Below are positions 54,887-64,000 of a stretch of 64,000 bases of DNA, piece by piece; the stretch's first letter is position 1; the number at the start of each line of letters is the position of its first letter. The position numbers and the translations under genes were made by a program. The DNA comes from Fimbriimonadales bacterium (GTDB lineage: Bacteria; Armatimonadota; Fimbriimonadia; Fimbriimonadales; JABRVX01): positions 40,762 to 104,761 of the forward strand of contig BTVI01000003.1 in assembly GCA_045862955.1 (NCBI GenBank). Direction: 5' to 3'. Below the pieces are notes generated by a model. It was not told the origin of the DNA and ran no database searches. It saw only the letters and a program-made list of their open reading frames with translations.

Positions 54887-55615
54887 CTACAGCACGTGAT
54901 CGCTGCCGATGTCGGTGAGCGTCCGGAACTTCGCGCCCTTCGCTCTCAGCGCGGCGATGGCATCGCGTAGAACATGCACCTGGTTCACGTAATCGTGCGC
55001 ACCGAGCACGATCACCTTGCCCGGCTGCGCCTGATTCTCGATGACGTCGGCAATCGAGTCCGGCTTGTCTATGAACGCGGGCTGGTTCTTCCCGATGCTG
55101 ACCGGAATGCACAGCAGCTTGGACGGTCCAGGCTTCTTCACGTCGTCGGGATCGGGGTGGTATGGCTGATGCGGCGCCCCGGTCCAGTCCACGAAGAGTT
55201 TGTAGTCGCTGTCGGGCACCGGGCTCGAGTCCACCAGCACCCCGACATCCTCCAAGTACTTGATGTCCGAGGCCTGCAAGGCGAAGCACCCGGCTCGGAA
55301 CGAGGTGGGCTTGATCAGGTGAGATTTCAGCACGTCCTTGGCCATGCGGATGATCGCGCCACGCTCGCGCTCATCCTCTACATAGCCGTTTTGATTCTCG
55401 AAGTGCACGTGCATACCAATCTCGTGCCACGAGGGGATTCGGTGTAGGTACTCCCTGTAGTAGAGGTCTGCGTTTGCAGTCGGGACCTTCTCGGAAACGT
55501 AGATGAGCCACGTGATGGGAACCATGAACTCCTCGGCGATCTTCACGATCTCCGGTGTGAAGCAGCGGTTCTCGTTGGCTGCTTCACAGTCCACGGTTAT
55601 TGCAACCGTCGGCAT
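54887..55615 (-). CDS. Putative polysaccharide-deacetylase-fold protein
   Basis: The 242-aa product starts VAITVDCEA... and has His-rich segments (HVHFEN) suggestive of a deacetylase-type beta/alpha barrel. The assignment is weak. Confidence 0.4.
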   Translation of the reverse strand: MPTVAITVDCEAANENRCFTPEIVKIAEEFMVPITWLIYVSEKVPTANADLYYREYLHRIPSWHEIGMHVHFENQNGYVEDERERGAIIRMAKDVLKSHLIKPTSFRAGCFALQASDIKYLEDVGVLVDSSPVPDSDYKLFVDWTGAPHQPYHPDPDDVKKPGPSKLLCIPVSIGKNQPAFIDKPDSIADVIENQAQPGKVIVLGAHDYVNQVHVLRDAIAALRAKGAKFRTLTDIGSDHVL

Positions 55616-55621
55616 CGCGGG

Positions 55622-57625
55622 TTAACCTCCTTCATCTATCCGCACCTCGTTGGGAGTGAGGCGGATTTCATAAGTCTTTCCTCTCAATCGGACCCCTTTG
55701 AGGGTCAGGCTGCGCCAGCCGGTCGGGAGTAAGGAGCCTGCTCGCAGCGTGTAACCCCCATTCAGAGACTTCTCCGCGCTGGGCCGGCTTCCTCTCCGCC
55801 GGGGTGCCTCACCCGGGGGCAGAACCTCCAGCCCGGCGAAGCCATACAATACCGCCTGGAGGCACCCGCCTGCACCCGTTAGGAAGTATGTCCGCGGAGT
55901 TCCTTTGCGTTTCTCCGAGAACTGCAACCCCGGATTGCGCAGGAAGCGTTCGTAGCTCTTGCGAAAGTACCGCTCGGCCTCCTCGCGACGGCCCAGCCGT
56001 GCCGCGATGATGGAGTGGATGGCGTCCGCCATGGCCGGCCCGGTCTCGATCACCTTGTCTTTGTAGCGATCGAACATTCGCGCTTGAATGGCTGTGGGCA
56101 TCGGCAGTCCGAGCGGGAAGAGGGCAAGCAGCGCCGCGGCCTGTTTGTACGAGATGAGCTTATCGCCTTCGTAGGTCAGGAACGACTTGTCTGCGTCTCG
56201 CGCAAAATAGAGGCCGTCCGCGAGCGCGCGCCACGCGTTGGCTTTCTGCGGCTGGTGGCGCGCCCCCTCCCGCAGGCACCACGCTGCCAGGGCATTGGTA
56301 TACAGGTCATCGTCCACTAGTTCGCCCTCGTCCGGGCTGATCACGCGTCGGATGTGCCCATCCTCGATCCTCGACTCCCAGAACTCGGCGACCCGCCGCG
56401 CGAGCTCGGGATACCCTTGTAAGCCGATGCCCCAATCCATAGCCTGCCGTGCCGCGAACAGTACGTCTCCCGTGATGTGGATCTCCTGCTGAAACTCGGG
56501 CGGCGCGCCCTCTTCGCCCTGCGGAGTGGATTCCCAAGGGTAGAGTGCGCCCTGGAACCCCTTCACCCGCGCGTTCGCTATGGCCTTCGGTAGGAGTTCG
56601 ATCCGCTTGGCAAGTGCCTGCTGCACCGCTTCGGGGCGGAAAGGGAGCAGCGCCGGCAGCATCCAGATCTCTTGGTCCCAAAAAATGCGCCCGCCGTACC
56701 AATCCGACGAGAAGCCCATGGGCGGAAAGAACCCCGCCCCCGAGGACTGATACAGATTGAACAGCCAGCTCCGCACGAGCTGCTGGTCCTCTACGCTGCC
56801 ATCGATCTGGATGTCGCCGCGCCACAGTTCGCTCCAGGCGGCCTTCGAGTCCGCGAGTGCCTCTTCGAACCCGGGCGGCTCGGCGGGGTCCTCGGGTTCC
56901 GTCAGGCGGACCGAGTGTTCCAACACCAGACGGTCACCGGGGCGCAGGTTTCCGTTCCAGGCCCAGTGCTCACCGTCGAATATGATCCTTCCCGAGCCGC
57001 CCCGAGATGCCGCGGCCGACGACCAGTAGGAAGGCTCGGCTCCTGCCGCTTCGTACCGGCACAACACGATCTGCCGCGTGCGCTCTAGCACCAAGGCAAC
57101 GGCCGCCTTTCCGCCGGTGGGGGAGAGAACCGCCTTCAGCATGCACTCGCGCTCCACGCCGACTTCGTATCGCACGGAGGCGACCTCGGGTACGGCTCGG
57201 CTGAGGAAGAGGCTGACGGACACCGATCCCTCCACGCGACCCGAACGCCAGCGATAGCGCGTCTGCAGCAGGCCGTCCTTCATCTCCAGCTTCTGCCGAT
57301 ACCCCGTTCCCGTGTCGGGCTCGATGGGGTTGCGGTTGACGACGAAACGCGCCGTCATCGGGTTGGGCTGCGGGGCGATGCCGAGGCCGGCGTATCGATC
57401 GGCACGGTACAGCGGCAGGTTCTCTCCGCCCGGCCCAGTGCCATCGCCCAGCGCCCCCGCTTTCATCCCCATCAGCCCGTTCGAGAGGTAGATGCCCTCG
57501 GGCGGTGGGGAGTTGCACACGATGGACCACGGCTCGGGTGGAGCGGGTGGCACGGGCGCTGGAGGCGACGGCCGATGGCACCCGGCAGCGACTGCGAGCA
57601 GCAGCACCAGACCGATGAGGCGCAT
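55622..57625 (-). CDS. GH65-like (alpha/alpha)6-barrel glycoside hydrolase/phosphorylase lipoprotein
   Basis: It contains GALYPWESTPQGEE and EIHITGDVLFAARQ, which resemble GH65 catalytic-region motifs. A lipobox LLLAVAAGC follows ATG 57625. Confidence 0.55.
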   Translation of the reverse strand: MRLIGLVLLLAVAAGCHRPSPPAPVPPAPPEPWSIVCNSPPPEGIYLSNGLMGMKAGALGDGTGPGGENLPLYRADRYAGLGIAPQPNPMTARFVVNRNPIEPDTGTGYRQKLEMKDGLLQTRYRWRSGRVEGSVSVSLFLSRAVPEVASVRYEVGVERECMLKAVLSPTGGKAAVALVLERTRQIVLCRYEAAGAEPSYWSSAAASRGGSGRIIFDGEHWAWNGNLRPGDRLVLEHSVRLTEPEDPAEPPGFEEALADSKAAWSELWRGDIQIDGSVEDQQLVRSWLFNLYQSSGAGFFPPMGFSSDWYGGRIFWDQEIWMLPALLPFRPEAVQQALAKRIELLPKAIANARVKGFQGALYPWESTPQGEEGAPPEFQQEIHITGDVLFAARQAMDWGIGLQGYPELARRVAEFWESRIEDGHIRRVISPDEGELVDDDLYTNALAAWCLREGARHQPQKANAWRALADGLYFARDADKSFLTYEGDKLISYKQAAALLALFPLGLPMPTAIQARMFDRYKDKVIETGPAMADAIHSIIAARLGRREEAERYFRKSYERFLRNPGLQFSEKRKGTPRTYFLTGAGGCLQAVLYGFAGLEVLPPGEAPRRRGSRPSAEKSLNGGYTLRAGSLLPTGWRSLTLKGVRLRGKTYEIRLTPNEVRIDEGG

Positions 57626-57753
57626 GAGGCCATTTTGGCAGACCGGCTGAGCCACAGGGCGCGGACGGCGCGGATACCACGAGCGGTCATAATAGCCGCG
57701 AAGCCGATGGCTCGCCGACACGTCGGACTCTAGACACCTCGGCCACTGGGAGA

Positions 57754-59508
57754 ATGCGCTTGAGAAGGTTGACGTCCCTGCTCGTTAGTTTGATGGCCCT
57801 TGCGTTGCTCTTCCTCGTCCCGGGCTGCGGCGGGGGCGGGGGGCTGAACTTCGGCTCGCTGCAGTTCGTAGTGCAGTGGGCCGGCGACGGCCCGAACGGC
57901 GAGACACCCGGCAGCGTTCGCGTCACGCTTTTCCGGGGCACGCAGCAGGTGGCGCAGGGCCTCATCCCGCGCACGGGGCCTGCGGATGCGGGCGAATTCG
58001 GTTCTCTCGCGCCGGCCACCTATCGCGTCTCTGCCGAAGCGTTCACCTCCTCCGATGGCTCCGGCACGGCCTTCGCCTCCATCGACACGCTAAAGCAGGT
58101 TACGGCTGGGCTGCCTACGATGTTCGTGTCGGCTGTGGGTACAGCACCGACGTCGGTGTCGGTGACACCTTCCACCGTGACCGTCCGGGTGGGAGAGACC
58201 GTGCGCCTGTTTGCGATGGCCAAGGACGCCACGGGGTCCGCGGTGTATGCGGCACCGGGCAGCTTCGAGTGGAGCTCTGCGGACGAGGAGATCGCCGTGG
58301 TGGACGCGGGGGGACTCGTGCGCGGCATGTCCACGGGTGCCACCACCATCACCGCTCGCTACGTGCCGACAGACCTCAGCGCGCAGGCAGGCGTGACCGT
58401 AAGTGGCGGCACGCGGACCAAGTACACCATTCTGGTCTTCCTGAACGCGGCGAACGACCTGGACACGTACTCGGACTTGAACGTGAATCAGATGGAAATC
58501 GCGGCGAGCAACCCACAGGTGCGCATCGTCGTACAGTGGAAGCGCATCGGTCAGTTCTCCCCGCCTTGGACCGGAACGAGGCGCTATCTGATCGTGCATG
58601 ACACCAATCCCAACGTCGTCAACTCTCAGCTACTGGAAGAGATGGGCCCGAACGTGGACATGGGAGACTGGCGAACGCTGCGAGATTTCGTGGATTGGGG
58701 AATGAGCAGCTATCCGGCGGATCACACGGTGTTAGTGATGTGGGATCACGGCTCGGGTTGGCGTACCCGCGCGGCGGGCGGCTCGCGCGGTGTGTCGTTC
58801 GACGATGGCACCGGTAACTACATCAAGACATGGGAGCTGGCACAAGCACTCGAAGCCACACCTAAGCTGGACATCCTGGCATGGGATGCCAGCCTGATGC
58901 AGATGCTGGAGGTGGCCTACGAGGTGAAAGACGTCGTAAACTACGTCGTGGGGTCGGAGGAAAGCCCGCCGGGTGCCGGCTACCCCTACGATGCCATCAT
59001 AGCACGGCTTGCTGCGAACCACAACATGAGTCCGAGAGACTTCACCAAGGTGTTCGTGGAGGAGATGATCCGTGCGTACGGTACCAACTCGAACATCACC
59101 CAGTCGTCACTGGATGCATCGAAGCTGGGCGCCTTGGGAACGGCGGTGTCGTCGCTCGCAGACGTGCTGATAGCCAAGAGACCCTTCTATGCGATACAGA
59201 TGCAGAACGCGCGGCAGTCGGCGGAAAGCTACTCGTATTACCCCGAGTATAAGGACCTGAGCGATGTCTGTTCTCAGCTGGCGCAGAAGACGGGTGACAA
59301 CGACATAGCTAACGCTTGCGCCGTGGTGCAGGCGGCGGTCTCCGCCGCAGTGGTGGCAGAGGCGAGTGGGAGCCTGCATCCGAGAAGTCATGGCGTTTCC
59401 ATCAACTACCCCACCGCTGCGCAGTTCTCCACTCAGAGGTCGGCCTACAGCCTGCTCGCCTTTGCGCGACTGACATCATGGGATGAATGGCTGTTGGTTG
59501 CTCCCTAG
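57754..59508 (+). CDS. Clostripain (peptidase C11) family homologue with Big_2-like domain; catalytic Cys position is Ser
   Basis: It has a lipobox LFLVPGC and a Big_2-like segment (VTVRVGETVRLFA...EWSSADEEIAVVD). The C11 motifs are ILVFLNAANDL, MWDHGSGW (His) and AWDASLMQ, where the family normally has DACLM. Confidence 0.7.
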   Translation: MRLRRLTSLLVSLMALALLFLVPGCGGGGGLNFGSLQFVVQWAGDGPNGETPGSVRVTLFRGTQQVAQGLIPRTGPADAGEFGSLAPATYRVSAEAFTSSDGSGTAFASIDTLKQVTAGLPTMFVSAVGTAPTSVSVTPSTVTVRVGETVRLFAMAKDATGSAVYAAPGSFEWSSADEEIAVVDAGGLVRGMSTGATTITARYVPTDLSAQAGVTVSGGTRTKYTILVFLNAANDLDTYSDLNVNQMEIAASNPQVRIVVQWKRIGQFSPPWTGTRRYLIVHDTNPNVVNSQLLEEMGPNVDMGDWRTLRDFVDWGMSSYPADHTVLVMWDHGSGWRTRAAGGSRGVSFDDGTGNYIKTWELAQALEATPKLDILAWDASLMQMLEVAYEVKDVVNYVVGSEESPPGAGYPYDAIIARLAANHNMSPRDFTKVFVEEMIRAYGTNSNITQSSLDASKLGALGTAVSSLADVLIAKRPFYAIQMQNARQSAESYSYYPEYKDLSDVCSQLAQKTGDNDIANACAVVQAAVSAAVVAEASGSLHPRSHGVSINYPTAAQFSTQRSAYSLLAFARLTSWDEWLLVAP

Positions 59509-59518
59509 GACGGTACTG

Positions 59519-61897
59519 ATGAACGTACGAAGTCTGCGTTCTGTTTGTGCGTTTCTGTTCGCATCGCTCGGCGCCACCTCTCATGCCGTGTTCTCTGGCA
59601 CCTACGTAGACGCATCGGGCCAGGCGCATGCCTGGCAGGTGTCCGCCGAGAACGCGCTGATCTGGGATGGGCAGCCCTGGGTGCCGCTAGGACCTATCGT
59701 ACCGGCCTCAGAGACGGATCGCCTAGCAGCCGTTGCGTCGGCAGGGTTGACAGGCGTGTTGCTGCGCTTCCCGCTGGACGCGCCGCTGGCTGCGGTTACG
59801 GATGCCGCGGAGAAAGCAGGTCTACCTTACGTGCTGTCCCCGGAGGGGGCTGCACCTATGGCCTCGGGGCACTTCGTGATGCCGCAGTCCTACCGAGTAG
59901 CTAACATCAAAGGAGAGATGGACCTGCGATTGCGCGTGCCAGGGTCAGACACCACCTTTTGGGTGCTGGTAGAGGCAGATACCTATGGCATCGTGACGGT
60001 TGGCCATGCCAAAGTGGACGCAGGGTTCGCTACCATACTGGTCAGGCCGAGGCGAACCGGCAATTACGTCTTGCTGCTCTATCCGCACGCTACGGCCGGC
60101 AACGTCGTGGACCTGTGGGAAGGGTATGACCTACGGCGCGACACGCTGTTAGCGAAGTTGCGTGCAGCGCGGCTCGGTCCTGGCCTGCGAGCGATCGCGG
60201 ACCCCCTGGGGGAGCATCCCAACTGGTACGACTTCCGTCGCCGCTTCGTTCCCGAGTCGGCCCTGTTCCGGCTCGAGTTCGAAAGGTACCTATCTCGCAC
60301 GTATGGTGCCGTTCACAAGCTGGCAGAACGGTGGCAGTTACAGGGAATGGACCTCGACAGCTTCGGTGAGGCCGCTCGTATGGTACCCCTCTTCGCCGAG
60401 GGCCGCGGCATTCCCTATCTCTGGGATCCCGATACGGACAAGCTGCGCGCAGTGGCCCGAACGTCGAAATACTGGCAGGATATGGAGGCGTTTCTACAGG
60501 GTGCCGCCGTAGAGCGGGCCTCGAACCTTGCCGCGGCTCTTCGCCGCGTGGCGGATGTTCCGGTGGTGTACACCTGGCGGGGTTGGTCGGCAACGACGCA
60601 GGACAAAACCGCCTCCGGGCAGGGGTTAGGTATCACCGGCTTCGGTAGCGGGTTCTCGGCCGCTTCCACCTATGGCGCACATGCCGTGGGTGCTTCGCTG
60701 ACGTGGCTCGAGCCTCCATGGCTACCCGCGCTCGTCATCGCACCGGATCCGTCTGGTGGTAGGTACGATTCGGCGAGTCCGTGCGCCAGTGCAGTGGCCG
60801 CGTTGGCTTCGGTCGGTGCCAAAGGATTTTTCGTGCGGAGTGCACTCGATGATGACAGCCTCCGAGCACTCGTCGCGGCCTCCCATGGCATCGCTGACGC
60901 CGGCTACAGCCCGAAGACACTGGAGTTTCCCGAGACCGCGCAGACACCCGCGGACGTCATGCAACTGCCCGGAGGTGTGTGGTGGGTGCCGAGCCCTCGC
61001 GCGGGTGCGAGGCTCGACTTCGGTGAGACGCTCGAGGCGTACCGCATCACACGACCAGACGGCACCGCTACGGTGTTGTGGTCGCGCGCAGGTCGCCAGC
61101 AGGTCTCACTTCGTGCCTTCGAGCCTCGCAGCGTGCGCGTAGCCGCAGCCGACGCAACCCTGATCGAGCCCAGGGTGCGCCGCGACGGCCTCACGGTAGT
61201 GGTAGACGAGTCGCCGATCGTACTCCTAACACAGGGAGAGATCCCCGTGCCCGAAGTGGTGTTCAAAGAGACCGACGACGCCCTGCGCGCCCTGTTCAAG
61301 GATGATACATTGGTAGGGACGGACCTGTCGGACCTGAAGTATGACTACAACCTCGCAGTCGAGAGTGCTCCTCGCAGCCCCGGTGCGGCCTACTTGAAGC
61401 TGCGCGAGGTGTATTGGAAGCTGTTAGGTCGCCTCGGGCGATACATCTGGATCGAAGGTGAGTCGCCCTCGAAAACCACCTTCGGCTATGTGGAGTCCTC
61501 TGCTGCTGCGATGGAGGGCAGTTGCCTGGTAGTGGATACCCCCTTCGAGCCGTTAGGCGGCGCGTACACCGCATCCTATGTGGTCAACGTTCCGAGCGAT
61601 AGCACGATGCAGCTCTATCTAGCCGGTAGCCTGCACGAAGGGGGCACTCTGCGGTTCGAGTTTCAGATCGACGACGGGACACCGGTGCCATTTCGCTCAG
61701 AGCCCCTCTCGAGGTACGGTGGGCGATTCGCATGGTACGACGGTGGGGTGGTATCTCTGAAAAAGGGCAGGCGTACACTAACTATCTCAGTACGTGGTGA
61801 GCCCGGGGCCTACTATGACGCCGCGATCGATGCCATCACGCTGACCACGGGCAGCTTCCGTCCCGTCGGCACCCGAAAACCCTCAGTCACCAAGTGA
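59519..61897 (+). CDS. Large secreted hypothetical protein (~792 aa)
   Basis: The long ORF has a signal peptide (MNVRSLRSVCAFLFASLGATSHA). I recognise no family. It sits among CAZyme genes. Confidence 0.65.
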   Translation: MNVRSLRSVCAFLFASLGATSHAVFSGTYVDASGQAHAWQVSAENALIWDGQPWVPLGPIVPASETDRLAAVASAGLTGVLLRFPLDAPLAAVTDAAEKAGLPYVLSPEGAAPMASGHFVMPQSYRVANIKGEMDLRLRVPGSDTTFWVLVEADTYGIVTVGHAKVDAGFATILVRPRRTGNYVLLLYPHATAGNVVDLWEGYDLRRDTLLAKLRAARLGPGLRAIADPLGEHPNWYDFRRRFVPESALFRLEFERYLSRTYGAVHKLAERWQLQGMDLDSFGEAARMVPLFAEGRGIPYLWDPDTDKLRAVARTSKYWQDMEAFLQGAAVERASNLAAALRRVADVPVVYTWRGWSATTQDKTASGQGLGITGFGSGFSAASTYGAHAVGASLTWLEPPWLPALVIAPDPSGGRYDSASPCASAVAALASVGAKGFFVRSALDDDSLRALVAASHGIADAGYSPKTLEFPETAQTPADVMQLPGGVWWVPSPRAGARLDFGETLEAYRITRPDGTATVLWSRAGRQQVSLRAFEPRSVRVAAADATLIEPRVRRDGLTVVVDESPIVLLTQGEIPVPEVVFKETDDALRALFKDDTLVGTDLSDLKYDYNLAVESAPRSPGAAYLKLREVYWKLLGRLGRYIWIEGESPSKTTFGYVESSAAAMEGSCLVVDTPFEPLGGAYTASYVVNVPSDSTMQLYLAGSLHEGGTLRFEFQIDDGTPVPFRSEPLSRYGGRFAWYDGGVVSLKKGRRTLTISVRGEPGAYYDAAIDAITLTTGSFRPVGTRKPSVTK

Positions 61898-62434
61898 CCG
61901 CCCAGCCTGACAGCTGCAGCCCTCTCTCTTGCCTTTGTGCCACTCGCTTAGCCTCTGCCCGCGACAGCCAACATGGGTTTCGACAGTAGCGCCAGAGGCA
62001 TGGCTCATAGAGCGACCCCTGAGCCCGTCCAACCCGCGACATGCTGCAATTTTCCTGATATTCTGCACCCGGTACTGCTGAGGGTCCTTGGATGTTGGAC
62101 GAGTGTGCTCCGCCTTCGGGCCCAGTGGGTCGGTCTTGCGACTGGCGTCGGTTGACGGCGTCTTTAGCGTGGATGCCGCTAGCGGTCCTTGTGGTGGCCC
62201 TAGCCGCCGGCATCGCGAGCAAGCTGATAGGGTAGCAGTTGGCCCCAAGCACTGCCTCTTCACTCCGTTGGGCCTTCATCACTCACCCCACCTGCCCGAA
62301 GCGCGCGCAACTGGAAGCGGCGACAAGGCGCATCCTGGGATTGAAGTCCTCGACTGATCGAAGTCCGCCGATCGGGCTACCTGTTCTGTGCCCACTGTTC
62401 CCCGAGCCTGGCAGGCCGAAGTAGCCGGTCAGCA

Positions 62435-64000
62435 TTAGCGCGCAGGTGTCAGTCGAACTGCCGCGCCGCCGCAGGGTGCCAGGGGGACTGTTATCACGTC
62501 TCGCGACGTGACGGCGAGCGTCTCGACTAGCATCTTCTCCGGATGCTCGTCGGCATCCGGGGCGTCCCGAAACACCTGTGCACTGAACCGCCCATCGCCT
62601 AGCATGGTCAGGGGCACATCCACCGTCCTCGCTCGTGAATCCGTCATCGCACCGATGTACCACTCGTTTCCGGAGCGCCTTGCGAGCACGATGTACTCGC
62701 CTACCGAGCCCGCCAGGTACCGGGTCTCGTCCCACGTGGTAGGTACCGTGCGAAGGAACTCCAGGCCCGACTGTCCACGATAGTGGGACGGGTGGTCGCA
62801 CACGCACATGTAAGGGCTCTCGTACACCACGAACAGCGCCAGCTCGTTCGCCCTGGTGCCCATCACCTGTGTAGGACTGCCCATGCGGAACTGCTCGGGC
62901 GTGCGATTCAGGAATCCACCCGGGGTGTAGTCCATCGGACCGCAAAGCATGCGCGTGAATGGTAGCGTCACCTTATGCTCGGGAGTGCAACGGGTAGAGA
63001 ACTTGTTGTACTCATTGCCCAACACCCCCTCGCGTGTCATCAGATTCGGGTAGGTGCGTCGTAGTCCCGTGGGCTTATATGCACCGTGGAAGTCAATCAT
63101 CAATCGGTGCTTTGCTGCTTTCCGAACCACCTTCTCGTACCAGTTCACCATCTCCTGATCGTCCCGCTGCATGAAGTCGATCTTCACGCCTGCGATCCCC
63201 CACTTCTCGAAAAGTGCAAAGGCCTCGTCCAGCTTGCGATCCAGGTCGGACCACCACGTCCACAGCCACAAGCGCACACCCTTCGACGCGGCATAGCGTA
63301 TCAGCTCCTGCATATCCAACTGCGGGATCACCCGTGTTACGTCCGAATCGGGCTTGTCCGGCTCTCCATACCACTGCCAGTCTATCAGTTGGTATGGCCA
63401 CCCCATCTCCCCCGCAAAGTCTATGTACAGCTTGTTGGTCTCCATGTCCATCTTGGCGTCGCCGGTCCACCAGTGGTCCCAGGCCGACATGCCAGGGCGA
63501 ATCCAAGACGTATCCTCGATGGCGCAGGGCCTGCTCAGGTTCAGGATGAGGTTCGACTCGATTAGCTTGCCAGGGTGCTCGCCTATCATCAGCACGCGCC
63601 AGGGCGAGTAGTGAGGGGTGCGCGCTGCTACCAGACCTTGGCCCGAGGGAAGAGGGGATACGATCGTCCGTACGGCCGAGACTTCTCCCTCAGCGGACGG
63701 TGCCACCCCACACACATACATGCCTGCCCAATCGGTCAGCTCCGCCTCGGTGATGGCCACATAGGCGTGCTGGGTCCTCACGAGCAGCGGCATCCCGATG
63801 ATGTCGGTGGGCTTCAGGTCACGCATCGTGCCCTTCGCGTACTCCGACTCCTGGTGCGACACGTAGGAGCCGTGGTTCGCGGCCCACACGGTCGGGTTGC
63901 TGGCAAACCGAAACTCGGTGTCCTCACGCAGCAGGGTGAAGCGTTCCATCCCCTCCTGCCTCGGCAGAAACACTCGGAATGCCACCCCATCATCGTACGC
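62435..64000 (-). CDS. GH97 family alpha-glucosidase/galactosidase (5' end beyond the window)
   Basis: It contains GVKIDFMQRDDQEMVNWYEKVVRKAAKHRLMIDFHGAYKPTGLRRTYPNLMTREGVLGNEY, a GH97 signature region. The reading frame stays open to the window edge. Confidence 0.8.
   Translation of the reverse strand, partial: AYDDGVAFRVFLPRQEGMERFTLLREDTEFRFASNPTVWAANHGSYVSHQESEYAKGTMRDLKPTDIIGMPLLVRTQHAYVAITEAELTDWAGMYVCGVAPSAEGEVSAVRTIVSPLPSGQGLVAARTPHYSPWRVLMIGEHPGKLIESNLILNLSRPCAIEDTSWIRPGMSAWDHWWTGDAKMDMETNKLYIDFAGEMGWPYQLIDWQWYGEPDKPDSDVTRVIPQLDMQELIRYAASKGVRLWLWTWWSDLDRKLDEAFALFEKWGIAGVKIDFMQRDDQEMVNWYEKVVRKAAKHRLMIDFHGAYKPTGLRRTYPNLMTREGVLGNEYNKFSTRCTPEHKVTLPFTRMLCGPMDYTPGGFLNRTPEQFRMGSPTQVMGTRANELALFVVYESPYMCVCDHPSHYRGQSGLEFLRTVPTTWDETRYLAGSVGEYIVLARRSGNEWYIGAMTDSRARTVDVPLTMLGDGRFSAQVFRDAPDADEHPEKMLVETLAVTSRDVITVPLAPCGGAAVRLTPAR

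Overview
High-GC (~60%+) bacterial chromosomal segment, annotated by eye from the sequence and the ORF track; no searches were run. Outer-membrane and LPS genes (kdsB, lpxK, an AlgE-like porin), a PEP-CTERM protein and five prepilin-type (class III signal) genes, three with the H-X9-DG tail, suggest a diderm of the PVC or Armatimonadota type; this is a low-confidence inference. Housekeeping content: fabG-acpP-fabF, uvrA, kdsB, lpxK, mtaB, a HIT protein, acs, prs, glmU and tRNA-Gln(UUG). Accessory content: a glycyl-radical enzyme with its activase, a DrrAB-like ABC exporter split by two GNAT genes, a sugar ABC importer lacking an ATPase gene, and a CAZyme-rich right-hand third (GH116, GH172/DUF2961, GH65-like, GH97, DUF885, C11 peptidase homologue). 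The most unusual region is 116-5489. It is a tandemly duplicated cassette encoding a polytopic thioredoxin-fused oxidoreductase, a secreted 12-cysteine protein, a small 4-TM protein and a Cys-tailed pseudopilin. It shows a near-identical leader block, a hypervariable core with an invariant Cys framework, and a decaying extra copy of the 4-TM gene. I propose it as a candidate undescribed disulfide-rich effector/immunity-like system. Second in interest is a three-gene HicA-HicB-SecB-like toxin-antitoxin-chaperone module (38214-39590). Two families of hairpin (REP/MITE-like) repeats and the tandem arrays abutting them fill several intergenic regions. Most long antisense ORFs in the track look like high-GC artefacts.
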